A stretch of DNA of 64,000 bases from Octopus bimaculoides (GCF_001194135.2 NC_068991.1:75414-139413), one strand, 5' to 3'; counted from the first letter of the stretch, positions 11,831-23,636 are shown. Program-made: numbers and translations. Notes: generated by a model from the sequence alone, not told the origin.

Positions 11831-12610
11831 TATATACAAGTGGCAGGAATGCTGGGGCCAGTGTATTGCTGAGCAAGGTGACTATTTCGAAGGAGATGAT
11901 GTTAAAACTTAAGTAAATAAGTTATTTTTCATTAAACATGACTAGTCTGAAAACTTTATATATACACAAACACACAGACATATATATCCTTTAATGGTAG
12001 GGTACTGTTACTATGGTATCAATGAATTATTCATCTCCCAATTTGATGTTGATCATTCACTTTTAGTTTTTGACTAATGTGTGAATGTCTTTATATTCAG
12101 TGAGTAATGCCAATATACATATGAACATTAATTCAAATTTTATAAATTATTTATAAACACAGTGTATTCAATAATCATTTAATTACAGGTTTATTATATA
12201 GTATTTACCACAAATGTCATATTTAAAAACAGCTTCATAGGTCTATGGTATGTTAGCAGAGGACAGGGATTCCTTACTTCAACATAGATATCTTTTCACA
12301 CAAATAAAGAAAAATATAGAGATGAAGTGGAAAATGATCTAGCACAAGACACACACATCCAAATGGAGAAAGAAAAAGATGGAGTAGAGGGATACATGTA
12401 ATCACACAATACTTTTCTAAATAGTATTACTAACACATTTAAGTTTCTTGTAGAATTCCCAAAGATATGATCCTTTAAATGCATAATATAATTTCTTTAA
12501 AGTCTTTTTGTGTGTAGGTAAAGGAGAAAAATTATTTTCAGTTTGAACATTGAGAAGTCATTGAGAGGTTGGGGAGGGTCACTTAACGTGAACCAAACAC
12601 AGTAAATTGT

Positions 12611-14419
12611 TCATAAGGACATGCTGTGTTGTTCTACTTTTACAGTGTAGTAACTCGGCTCATCAAGATAGTTATTGGACACCGAAACGTGGTCAATTGG
12701 TAACACACTGAAGAAGGAGATTGTCATCTGCTCGGAAGAATCTTTCACATTTTCAAATATTGTTTTCCAAAAATATGGTTGGGACTTGTCCAGGAAACTG
12801 TTGATACAGGAAACAGGAACAGAAAATTCAAAAGTCTGTTTACTTTCTAGTGGGTTACTGGTGAAATGCTTTAATGTAGTCAAAGCTGTAGAACTCAAAG
12901 TGGAGTGAGGCAGTTTAAGATATACGTCAAGTAAGGTGACCAACTCATAAACAATGTGTAGTTTTTCTAATCGTGACATTCTCTCTTGGATATTCCAGGC
13001 ACGGTCAGTGTAGAACTGTAGTTGGTCAAGTGTTGCAAGTTCGTTGGACACCAACATACTGATGTAGTCATTACATAGTTTCTCAACACCTATATCAATC
13101 AGTAGCTTCAATGGTACATAACCTTCCATGTCTGGGGTGTCCATACTGTTCATGTAGGAGCTGCGCACCAGTTCAGCAATACGAGTCTTGTTAGTCTTGT
13201 GCACCAATGGTTGTATGTTTTTACACTGTAGTTCATCAAACATGAAGTTTAGACAGTCAATAAGCTCTTCATAGCTGTGACAATTCATTAAAACATTCCA
13301 AACTCTATCAGAAAAGTCCTGATCTTTTCGATTAAACATAGGTATTTTGTGAGGAATTTCTTCATTATTCTCATTTTCATTGAAGTTATCATCAATGTCA
13401 GCATCACCAAGCTTTAAGTGTTCAAAAAGATTCTTCAAATCGTCAATAACAGATGTACTTTCAGATTCTGGCATCAACCAATTGACTTTACCTTTAGAAA
13501 GTCCCTCAAAAAATCCTCGCAGAGTTGAGAACTCTTGGAATTTTTTATAAGTTGGTCCCGTTTTATCTCCAGGCACAATTTTAACCTTGACAGTAACCCT
13601 AGCTTCAGGTGAAGGTTTATCCAAGTATTTCATGGATTTATTCCATTCTGCTTCGAGAATTATTTTACTCGTCTCTTCACTTTGATCATTATTCGAGGCA
13701 GTACTACTGTCAAACACATGATATTCTGCTCTGTTGTGGAGTTGGCGCATGTTTTCAGGAAAAGCATCAGAAGTGGAAGAAATGGAGGAAAGATTGTTAG
13801 TTGTTTGTGCAACAGTTATTCTGGAGTACAACAACATGTTGTTGCTATCAACATCGACTTCAGGTGAGACATAAACAAATGCTGTGTTTAGCAAATCTTC
13901 TCCATTGCAATACACCAAAATCGGAATCCGTTCTTCTTTGCTAACAGAATATTTGGGCGACAACATAAGAGAGCAGAAAACAGACAAGACACGTTTAGAA
14001 TATGAAAGACTAATGGGAAGAAACGAACTTTGGTTCTTTACATACACAGATTTCAAAGGAGAGACAACGACACGATTCAGATCGGCATATTCTTTCATTT
14101 CCAAAGGCGAACCTTCATATAAACTATTATTGTCGTCAGAAATATCACTCTTCTGAGAAAGGACATCAGATAGATTGCTTTCATATGAGTTGTTACGAGT
14201 TTTCACAGTGGCATTGTCTTTTCTTCCGAGACAAACCACAATAAACGGCAGAGTAAAAGAAAAGATGTTCTGCAAAATATCCAAATCGCCAAACAATGAC
14301 ACATCACGAACAATATATAACATCGTATCTTGAAACTTGATGACATTATTATTGGTCGTGGGGCTTTTGAAAAGCTTGCCGAGACATTCCTGAAATTGAG
14401 GAATTAATTTAATATCCAT
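12611..14419 (-). CDS. ZWILCH: Protein zwilch homolog (RZZ kinetochore complex), 602 aa, single coding exon
   Basis: Recognisable blocks: ILEAEW..., VKVKIVPGD..GP, GLSKGKVNW, RKDQDFSDRVW, IQPLVHKTNKTRIAELVRSSY, PLKLLIDIGVEKLCNDY, LEKLHIVYEL, NPLESKQTFEFSV. Acceptor ttttaAG| at 14427-14426, 6 nt before the ATG. AATAAA (-) at 12190-12195. Confidence 0.9.
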   Translation of the reverse strand: MDIKLIPQFQECLGKLFKSPTTNNNVIKFQDTMLYIVRDVSLFGDLDILQNIFSFTLPFIVVCLGRKDNATVKTRNNSYESNLSDVLSQKSDISDDNNSLYEGSPLEMKEYADLNRVVVSPLKSVYVKNQSSFLPISLSYSKRVLSVFCSLMLSPKYSVSKEERIPILVYCNGEDLLNTAFVYVSPEVDVDSNNMLLYSRITVAQTTNNLSSISSTSDAFPENMRQLHNRAEYHVFDSSTASNNDQSEETSKIILEAEWNKSMKYLDKPSPEARVTVKVKIVPGDKTGPTYKKFQEFSTLRGFFEGLSKGKVNWLMPESESTSVIDDLKNLFEHLKLGDADIDDNFNENENNEEIPHKIPMFNRKDQDFSDRVWNVLMNCHSYEELIDCLNFMFDELQCKNIQPLVHKTNKTRIAELVRSSYMNSMDTPDMEGYVPLKLLIDIGVEKLCNDYISMLVSNELATLDQLQFYTDRAWNIQERMSRLEKLHIVYELVTLLDVYLKLPHSTLSSTALTTLKHFTSNPLESKQTFEFSVPVSCINSFLDKSQPYFWKTIFENVKDSSEQMTISFFSVLPIDHVSVSNNYLDEPSYYTVKVEQHSMSL

Positions 14420-14527
14420 ATTTACCTTAAAATATTTTAATTAAATAAATCTCGGTTCTCAGTTAAACTCAGCTGTTAAATAAACCGCCACAAATGAAGG
14501 TTAGTTACAAAAACAAAAATAGTGAAT

Positions 14528-14556
14528 TGGGTGAGACTGTCTTTCTGTCTCTCCTT

Positions 14557-14619
<63 letters not shown>

Positions 14620-14653
14620 GTGTGAAGGAGAGACAGAAAGACAGTCTCACCCA
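14528..14653. repeat. Hairpin: 35-bp perfect inverted arms around a (TA)n core
   Basis: tgggtgagactgtctttctgtctctccttcacaca ... tgtgtgaaggagagacagaaagacagtctcaccca. Confidence 0.85.
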
Positions 14654-15711
14654 GTCTCACTTAATATATATATATTAAGTGAAAATAATTTTTTTAAATG
14701 AAAGCTAAGAAAATGATAAAAATGACGGTAATTACGTTTCAGCATTTCCATTTTAGTCTTTATATGAAACCCACGTAATAACTGTCTCAAATAAACGAAG
14801 TCGTCGTTTGCAGTTTCGCACCTTTCCTCCGTTTTAGATGTCGCAGATTACTAATATGCCTCCCCCCAAAAAAGTTTAACCGCCCCCTCACTACCACCAC
14901 TCCCCCCACTAAAATTTTGAACTTTTTCGAAATTTTCTTTTCCCTATGATTTAGATTCCGAATCTTGCAAGAAACCACGTTTTCAAATTGTTAAATTCAT
15001 TAAGCAGATAGATAGGTGTATAAAGAGATAGAGAGATATGGATGTCTTCCTGTGGTTAAAAACAACAGTAACACCGTCTTCTGTAGGACCACCACATTTA
15101 GTTGACAAATATATTTTATGAATAAAGGGACAGGGAATAAATAGATAGACAAATGAATAAAAGGATGAAAAAGTTTCAAAATTTAAAATTGGGGGCGGGG
15201 GTGAAATTTGAGCCCCTAATTAAACTTTATAATATTAATGATTAAGCATTAATGTTTGTTTCTCATCAATTGGTGTATATTTAATTGACATGAAATTATT
15301 ATTTACGGCAAACACGAGTAAAACGCAAATTCTTTTCACTCTAATGTTTTTGTCTATATTTAATTTCGATTTGCTAAGATCTCTTTAAAGTAAACAAAAT
15401 CAAAAATTTAAACTGGGAGGCGATTTTTTTTTCTTTGCATATTCTTTATCTTCGACATCTTAAAGGTAGGAATCTGAAAATTTTTTTGCAAAAAAATGCA
15501 TTTTTCAAGGCGAGGTGCGATGCTGCATTATCCCCGTCGTTTGACCTGCTAAAAAAAGCAGCCAAATTGTAATTTTGGAGTTACAAGTGGGAACATCATT
15601 AACAAAAAAAAAACAATAGCGGCCGAGGTAAAGAATACGCACACCACCCGTTTTCGGCCTAGAAGGGTGTATTCTTTACCTTCGACCTAATCGTTACTAA
15701 TTGCATTAATG

Positions 15712-16407
15712 TTTTTACTTGTCATTAGACTGCAGCCATGCTGGGGCACTTCTTTGAGAAATTTTAGTTGAACTAATCGACCCCAGTATTTATTTTGAAA
15801 TCTGATATTTAATTTATTCTATGGGTTTTCTTTTGCCAAACCGCTGTTACGGGGACGTAAACGCACCAGCATCTGTCGTCAGTCATTGGTGGGGGTACAC
15901 ATACACATACAGTGGTGAACTGGGTCTGCAAAAATTGGTTGCCAGGAGACTAAGGGAGCCAAACTGCAACTACAGTGCTATCATATATTTATTTTTGTTA
16001 AAAGTATTCTTTTCAACTCTCTTCAAACACAGCCAGGTTGAAATAATTAATGCATTCTTTCCCCCCCACCCCCACCACCACATATAGGGATTGTAATGAC
16101 GCAGGGGCCCACTTGCTATCGGGCAGCTGGCAACCTGGCCAGTCCGCCGCTGCTTATATATATATATACATACATACACGACGGGCTTCTTTCATGTTCT
16201 GTTTACCAAACATTTTTTCATACTCAGAATTCCTGAAGCATGGAATAGAAATTCACCAACCGTACACTTGATGACCCCCCCAACCTTTGTTTCCTTTTCT
16301 TCTTTTTATTTCTAGTGCACCTGAGCACTATACAACATCATATGCCAAATCCACTCAAAAGGATTTGCTCGGTCCGAAGCTATAATAGAAGACACGCCCA
16401 AGGTGAC
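15712..16407 (-). mobile_element. Fragmented tRNA-SINE (3' part about 15712-15900, middle part about 16175-16407)
   Basis: Segments match the full-length copy at 25506-25928 (gactgcagccatgctggggcac..., cgacgggcttctttca..., gctataatagaagacac.cccaaggtg). Confidence 0.6.
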
Positions 16408-16562
16408 TATGTCAATTTTAAAAAGAAAATATAAGGGAACTGCGACATTTCCACACACACACGCACCTCCCTATAGCCAACTAATTGATAAATCTCCTAC
16501 ACCTTTGTCTAGTAGAGAGAGGAGTTGGATGAGATACTGTTGTGTGAATCCGATAACAAATG

Positions 16563-16573
16563 AAAAAAAAAAA
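16563..16573 (-). terminator. Pol III oligo(T) terminator of 7SK
   Basis: 11 A on the plus strand (T11 on minus), 12 nt after the 3' hairpin. Confidence 0.75.
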
Positions 16574-16858
16574 CGGGATGTGAATGGCATACTGCCACGT
16601 GCAGTGCCGTAGTGGAGCGTCATAATTTGAAGTCTCCCCCAACTTCCCAATTTGATCTACACTAGCGTGACAGAGAAGCCAGGTCGTACCTGTAATAAAC
16701 CCAATTCTTAGATATGGATGGGTGCGTTCAACCGTGCGCGAGGCAGCGGGAACAGCAACACCATGGATAGTGTGTGAGTGTAGGGACGCCTAACCTGGAC
16801 AGATCGGCCGAAAGTGTCAGCGATCGATGTTCAGATGGATCACCAAAGCACACGCTCC
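16570..16858 (-). ncRNA. RN7SK: 7SK small nuclear RNA gene (about 289 nt, Pol III)
   Basis: Minus strand starts GGAGCGU, which pairs with ACGCUCC (16620-16614) as the M1 closing stem. The 5' hairpin CAUCGAUCGCUGACACUUUCGGCCGAUCUGUCCAGGUUAGGCG resembles human CAUUGAUCGCCAGGGUUGAUUCGGCUGAUCUGGCUGGCUAGGCG. The 3' hairpin GGCACUGCACGUGGCAGUAUGCC (16608-16586) resembles human GGCGCUGCAUGUGGCAGUCUGCC. T11 terminator at 16573-16563 and TATA at -31..-24. Human sequences recalled from memory. Confidence 0.9.
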
Positions 16859-16881
16859 GAAAGTAAAGATTCAGCAATTGC

Positions 16882-16889
16882 TATATAAA
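16882..16889 (-). promoter_or_regulatory. TATA box of type-3 Pol III promoter (7SK)
   Basis: TTTATATA located 31-24 nt upstream of the +1 G (16858), the canonical U6/7SK position. Confidence 0.75.
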
Positions 16890-17106
16890 CTAAATATTAA
16901 GTTGTTTTTATTATGTACTGATGTAATAATTTTAGATGTGTTCATAAATTAATAATTTGCCCGTTTAATTTTTCATTTTATGCATTAAATAGATTTAATA
17001 AAGCATTTTAAATTTTGCTAAGTAAAATTGAAGTAAATAAATGAATTTTACTCCTGAATAAAAAGTATTTTATAAATTTACCTTATCAAATAGAGCAGTC
17101 ACTGAA

Positions 17107-17117
17107 TGCGCATGCGC
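17107..17117. promoter_or_regulatory. TGCGCATGCGC palindromic motif (NRF1-type)
   Basis: Exact NRF1-like consensus. It lies 249-259 nt upstream of the 7SK +1 and just upstream of a minus-strand donor (AAG|GTAAAT at 17081), so it could serve 7SK or ZWILCH. Confidence 0.45.
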
Positions 17118-18329
17118 GTAATTAGTATATACAACATATTATGTATCTGTGTAGACGTGTGTGTGTGTAATTGAGTTGATGTGTCTGGCTTGAAGTGGAA
17201 GGCTTGTAAAATAGAAAACAGGAGCCAGAGAATGTTTCGTATTTCGGCATTAGGAATCCTTATTATTTGAGGCTGCTGATGTTATTTTTCTTCTTTAATA
17301 CTTTATTCATTAAATTAAGAATTGATACAAGTTTCACAAAATCCTACATTTTATATTAAAGTATGTTAAATACTGTAAAGACGATTAAAATAGGTCAGAA
17401 CTGGGTCAATATAAAAATCCTCACCTGATAACGAAAAGAAAAAAAAAAGAACCGCAGCCTGCTGGGTGTTAACAGCTGTGTAGAAAACGAATATGACAAA
17501 AAATTTGCGCAAACGAACCTGGGAGGTGGGGAGAGGACTTTCGGAAAATTCACAAGATCTTAAACCCTGTCCTAAAACACTAATTCATAATCGTTAACTG
17601 AAAACTTTTATTCACTCTGTGTGTGTGTTGGCGTAGTTGTACGTGATAAATAGCTATGTGTAATTATGTGGTATTTCACTGAATTAGTTCATCATCAGCA
17701 GCATCATTGTTTAACGTCCACCTTCCATGCTGGCATGGGTTGGATGGTTTGACAGGCGCTGGTCAGGCAGGGTTTTTACAGCTGGATACTCGCTGCTTCT
17801 TCAGAATCACCTGCACCATAACTTTTGAACCAGTGATTTTTTTTTTTTTCAGATTCATGTCTTCGATATTATATCGGAGATTACAATTCCCTCCCCCCCT
17901 CCACCAAAAAAAGCTTTTAATTTGAATCCCCCCCACCTACACCCATCCACCCAATTTATTTGCTTTGTTTACAGCTGACAAGACATGCTGTCATGCACCA
18001 AATGACAGCTTTCAAATCCTGTTTCCTGATCGGGTGAAAATTATCAAACTTTAAGCCTCTGTAACTTTTTAAAAACATTTTTTCTGGGAAAAGTGAAACA
18101 ACTCCTGCAATTTAGCTTGGAAGTGTACATTATTGTGCCAAATTTTGAAATTTTTGATAAACTTCAATTTTTGAAATGCTGGTAGCCAAACCAACTAGAC
18201 CCATTATAGAACCATTAAAAGTTAGTGTCAAACATACAATGAAGTTGATTCAACTTTGCTTTTATGGCATTATCTACCTCCTTGCTCCATCACTATGTCA
18301 CTCCTGGCCAAGCTGGGATTCTGAACCCT

Positions 18330-18975
18330 CCGTAGATTATCCTACAGGAACTTCCAATTCTCCTCTAAGGTATATGTCTCCATTTCTTCCTCTCTCATCG
18401 GAAGCTTTCATTAAGAAATCTCTCAATGTTTGTCTATTTGTTGGGTCTTTGAGTTTCCATACTCTTCTTTTCCAGATTGGTTTCTTTCTCTGAGTCTTTC
18501 TAGCTCTAATTCTGAAGTCGCTAACTTGTAACCTATGTTGGGTTGTACACTCTTCACCTGAGAAAGATTTTGTATTTGCAAGCATCTGTCAATCTCATTG
18601 TCTGGGGGGAGGGGGGCTAGTCAATCTGGCTTATGCGCCCATCAGACTGATAAGTGATGAGGTGGTGGGCTGGTTTTTTGAAGTTAGTGTTGCAGATTGT
18701 GAGATTATTTGCATCCCAGAACTCCAGCAGTCTTGTTTCCTCCTCATTCCTAGGGCCAAAACCATAGCCACCATGCACTCCCTAGAATCCATGGGGGTGC
18801 TGTCCAACATGTCCATTGAAGTCACCAGCCACAATAATGAAGTCTCTGTTATTTGTTGTGAGGTACTCTGCAAAAGGACCTCATAGAATCGGTCCCTCTG
18901 CTCGTCAGCCAGCCCAGACTGAGGAGCATAAGCAGAGATAAGTGTAACTGTTAATTTACCAGTGATAAGTCTCAT
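18330..18975 (-). mobile_element. RTE LINE fragment, APE endonuclease region
   Basis: Frameshifted TLISAYAPQSGL...DRFYEVL, NFKKPAHHLITYQS...SQIDY, EECTTQHRL..SDF and RRVWKLKDP. Confidence 0.8.
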
Positions 18976-21202
18976 CTTAATTACCCTCTCACATACTCTG
19001 ACTACCTCAATTACCTTACCTACCTACTTTTCTGCTAACAATATGCCTACACCACCCACTTCATCACTCCTGCTTTCCCAGAAGAATTTGAATCTCTGTG
19101 CCTTACAGACTTATTATTCATACAAAAAAAAGATACATGTAATATAATGTCTCTCTCTCTTGGTGACAGTGTTATTGTTGAATTCTGTTTCTTGGTGAAA
19201 CTTAGTCTAATAGGATTTTTTGAAGTTTGTAAAAGTGGATTTTGCTTTCTTGACTGCGATGTGAGTGTTTTATGATAATAACTGCTGTTGAAGGGTTGTT
19301 TACCAAGACAGTGGTAGTTGGACGTGTGGACTAGAAGGTAATGTCCTGGGAAGAGTTGTCATAGGTTTGTGTGTGTGTGTATGTGTGTGTGGATTGTTTA
19401 GGATATAAAGGGCAGTTATCTGTGATGCTATTATGTCACTTCTTGTTATCTGTGCTATTTGAAAAGCAAATGTTTAATAAAATGAAATCTTCCAATGATG
19501 TTTTGTGTGTTTGGGTGTGCAACTTAGAGGAGAGCCAGGTGCATCAGGTGGGAATGGATATTGTGCTAGTTATCAATCATATTCCTGATTTTATTGTTGT
19601 TGTAATGTAAATATTTCTGTCCAGGTTTTCAGAACTTCCTTGATTTATCTTCACTGGACATTTCTTTCTGTTCAACAGCAAAAAATATTTGTGGTCTGCC
19701 CTTACTCACTTCTTCATAACAGGCTTGTATGTCTACAAAGTACATCTACTCATATCATTATGGTTCTAAAATCTTTCTTTGATTCAACAGATTATCATCT
19801 ATACTCTGTCCATTACAACTAAACCTAATTCTTGATAATTTTAGTTTGTAAAAATATTTCTGTTGATTTCTGATGGTAAAAAAAAATGATGACGCTCAAA
19901 TTATTTTCTTCATTGTATGTGGGAAGAGGAGGGGGTACAATTAAATAGTGGTACAGGAGTGAGTGTAGTGCTGTGTAGTTGTAGTGTGTAGTGGTGATTA
20001 ACTCTGCCTATTCAGCTACAAGTTGATAACTCCAAAACTGAAACACTGTTTGGCTGTGATGACTTCTAGAACTACGTCTTAGCTTTTGGCAATGCATTCT
20101 ACAAAAATACTCAACAAATATCAATTGATTGCTGGTCTTCATCTTGGAAGTACTTTCTCAATGCTTTCTGAGTTGACATAAAAGAAAATTGCTTCTACTG
20201 GTGACAAAGATATTCCTCTTCTTCCAAAACACTTTCAACATATTCATGTTAAATAAGGGCAACCATAAACTTATATATTTCTTTATTGAGTTCCTTGATG
20301 TGCAAGTAATGAGGAGAAAGAGAGATACGAGGTTCTACTGGCAGTTCACTGATGTAGCCACATGCTAGATGTTGTAGTCTTTCCTCAAACTATGACACCA
20401 GTAATCACACCCACCACCATCATCCTCAATATTTTACGTTCACTTTCCATGTTGGCATGGGTCGGACAGCTTGACAGGGGCCATATGAGGTTCCATAGTC
20501 TGTTTTGGCTTGGTTTCTATAGCTGGATGCCCTTCCTAAAACCAATCACTTTACAACCTCTTTTAGTCACCTTTTACAATATGAAGACGAAATATTGAGT
20601 CTATTCTTTGACATGCCAGTTCCCACGAAACACTAGAGCAACGTAAAATGAAATGTTTTGCTCAAGAAGACAGCACACTACCCAATCCAGGAAATGAACA
20701 CACAATCTGACGGTCATGAAAGCAACACACTAACTACTTGATCACATACTTTAACAGAATAGAAAGAAAAAAAAATTTTTTTTTTAAACCTGAGATGCAG
20801 AAAAGGTTTTAAATGTATGAGAACATAGTTTTATTCCTCCATATGATACATGGAACAATATTGATAAAGTTAGTTGAGGAAATATAAGCACTGGTAGAGT
20901 ACTCTCAGTGAGAGTACTCAGTTCAATAAGAGTATAACAATATACGAAACATTTGAACACCTACCATCAGACATGAAATAATATCTAATATTGTCATTTC
21001 ACTTTTCAACAGTAGAGGACATTGCAGTGAAGTATATCACAAGAAACACTTGAATACGATTTATTGGAGTATAACACACAGTAAGGAATTCAAGTACATT
21101 AAAGCCAACCCTGGTGAATACCACATCCCAGCCTGGTGTCTACCTCATCTGACTGTAGATGAGATCCAGTGATTGGTTGGTTTTCTCCACATTGTTATTG
21201 TC

Positions 21203-23617
21203 TCAGGACTGATTTCGAAATTTTTCAATTTCATTCACCATAAAACTGATGGAGTCTGAAGGTTGCTTATATGCCACATTCATTACCAACTCCTGAATAG
21301 AACAAAGAGAAAGAAAATTCATTTAATACGAAAACAGCCAAACGAAATTGAAGCAATCATTCATTTCTCACAATTTATTAATATGCATTGTGTATGTTCT
21401 ATGAGTACATGTGTGGTCACACAGTTTAGGAGTTCACAATCAATCATCGGGTTCGTTGTTTGATACTATCAAGTAGCACCAGTGTCTTTAACCATAACTT
21501 GAGGAAGCTTTGTGAGTAAAATTGTGTAGAAGGAAACTGTTGGAGAACCAATGGATGGGTTGTAGTTGTGTGACACAGCTAGCCTTATCATACATAGTGC
21601 CAAATGATTCTTCCTGAGTATTACATAAAAGATGCAAGTGTTAGTGGAATACCCAACTACTAACACTATAATTCAATCAAGAGGAAGTTTAGCTGATTGA
21701 ACAACTGAATTTCCATCATTAAAACCAATATAAGATCTATTGTGTCATGGCTGTGTGCTACAGAGCAGAAATAAGAAAAGCTTTCACTCCTCGTGGCTTT
21801 AATTTTCAGCTGAAGTCAGGGAGAGAAGAAGAAGCTCAATGAGGTTTACTTGCTTCCAACATAATGTGGAACTTGTTATTATGTGATATTCTTTTACTGG
21901 TTCCAAATACTGGACTGCTCGGTGGAGCACTATTCATTCCATTATGACACACCTGAGAGAAGGTGGCCCTCAAGCTATTCAACATTAGGGAGGCCTCCAG
22001 AAGTATGTACCGGCTATCATCCAGGCTGGTTAATACTTCTTTCCTTTGCTGGAGTATCTCTTGAAATGAGTCCCCATGGTTTGGAGCATCTGGAGTACAT
22101 ATTACTATTTTCATCTGCTTAAAGTGTACCATCAGAGTGTCAAAGACTAAGTTTGAGTGTGACAGCAGGACCACAGGTGTGACATCTTCTCAGGTGTACA
22201 TTGCTACTCCACCACGAGTTGTGTATCTGAGCATCTGATATGGCCATGTTCAGCTGTGTTTCTGTTAGTGCCATGCACAATAATGCTTGATTACATATCA
22301 CTAAGTCTCTCAGTTACTGGGTTTTGCATTGGTGAGACATTATGAGGGCTCTTGCAGTTCAGAAGGAATACTGGTGTGACATACGGGGTGCCGGGAGTGG
22401 CCACTGCCCTGACATGTGTAGATGTATTAGAGGTGGCCACCTTGGTTCCTTTGTTGTTTGAAGTAGTCTTAAGTGCTGGTATGTGTTTCTTAGACTTGAT
22501 GTCTGGTGAAGCCATGTCAGCTGCCTTACAATCCTCTATACAACCTCCAAAAAAGCTCATTGTTCAGCAGCTACTCTCTGGACTGCATCCACGGTTTGTT
22601 GCCTCTTAGGAGCAGTGCATGTGCCATCCAAACATTCCCATTGCATCTTGTGACCTGACCCTGTGTTGTTAGCAGCCATTCTTCCTGGTCTTCAGGTGAG
22701 TGAAACAAGAATCGCTCACATAGGATTTTGGATGAGTAAATCTACAGCCTATTCCAATGTCCCCACGCCAGCAGGCACCTTTTATTCCCCTTTCAGTGAA
22801 TCCATAAATTGGTGCATTATAAACATCAAAATGTTATTAGTCCATTGACAGTTTTGGTTCAAGGCTATACTGTTGTAGAGAATGACATGGAATATAGACA
22901 GTTTAGCGTTATTTGTTATAAACAAAAAATATTATGATAGATTTAGGATTTGCTAAAATTCTAGGATGGAGAGTTACATTTATAATTTGTTTTCTAGGGA
23001 GTGTTTGAAATAGTATGAATGCAAAAAGAAAATACACACACGCACGCACACGCATACAGACACACAGAGACTAACATAGACAAACAGAATTAACATATGG
23101 CAAAGTAGGGTTTTCCATTAACAAGTAAAATCTTTTGATGGAATTCATGGTTTCTATCGACCAGGTTTCATTGACATGACTTGACTATGGTAAAAGATAT
23201 TTGCCCAAGATGTTACACCAGAATTGAACTTAACTTTGTGAAACAAGCATCTTAAGCACTCAGTTAAACGTATCTTGAAAAACGCCAGAAACACAGAGAA
23301 AGACAGACAGAGAATGAGGTGGGGTGGGAAAGACACCTTACCTGAAAAAGCGAGAACAAATTATGCTTATATAAATATCTGTTGGCTTTTTCAAACGGAT
23401 TTTCTGTCGTGGGAACGGTGTTGCGGACGTAAGTTGATTTAGCAGCGCTATCATTGCTCGACATCTCTATTAACCTGTCATCAAATTCGATCCTTTGTCC
23501 TCCTGCACTACTGCTAGTTTCTGTTCTATTTACGGACCATGTTTTGTCGTTATCAGCTCCGTGTTGCAGTGTCTCTGGTTCATAAGAAGACTGCTTCAAG
23601 TCACCTTCGTCAGCCAT
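21203..23617 (-). CDS. TEX55-like small protein with C-terminal RIIa-type dimerization/docking domain, 121 aa, 2 exons
   Basis: Exon 1 23617-23342 (276 nt, CAG|GTAAGG) and exon 2 21292-21203 (ttCAG|GAG...TGA) join in phase 0 to give ...TENPFEKANRYLYKHNLFSLFQ|ELVMNVAYKQPSDSISFMVNEIEKFRNQS*. This matches the 'PFE.S..YMEKHNI..IFQ.IT.NLVY.KPEDP..FM' pattern of TEX55-like D/D domains (from memory). AATAAA (-) at 21060-21065. Confidence 0.78.
21600..22330 (-). mobile_element. Old CR1/L2/Jockey-type LINE endonuclease remnant in the intron of the TEX55-like gene
   Basis: Decayed LTETQLN..ISDAQI, RGGVAMY..ED, LLSHSN..FDTLMV, KIVIC..PDAP...SFQEIL (APE-like motifs). Confidence 0.5.
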
Positions 23618-23636
23618 GATTGAAATAATCGATTGG

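Noticed and set aside
16695-16715. aacccaattc similarity to the RNase P RNA CR-V motif on the plus strand
   Set aside because: The other conserved regions are absent or wrongly spaced, and the region is explained by 7SK on the minus strand.
19150-20340. Possible further Penelope-like fragments (IEFLDV-like and GRFHFIKH-like words)
   Set aside because: Too decayed to establish frames by eye, so not reported as features.
23264-23341. ORF-track C-terminus (VRCLSHPT...) of the 117-aa ORF
   Set aside because: It is intron read-through past a CAG|GTAAGG donor; exon 2 at 21292-21203 completes the domain.
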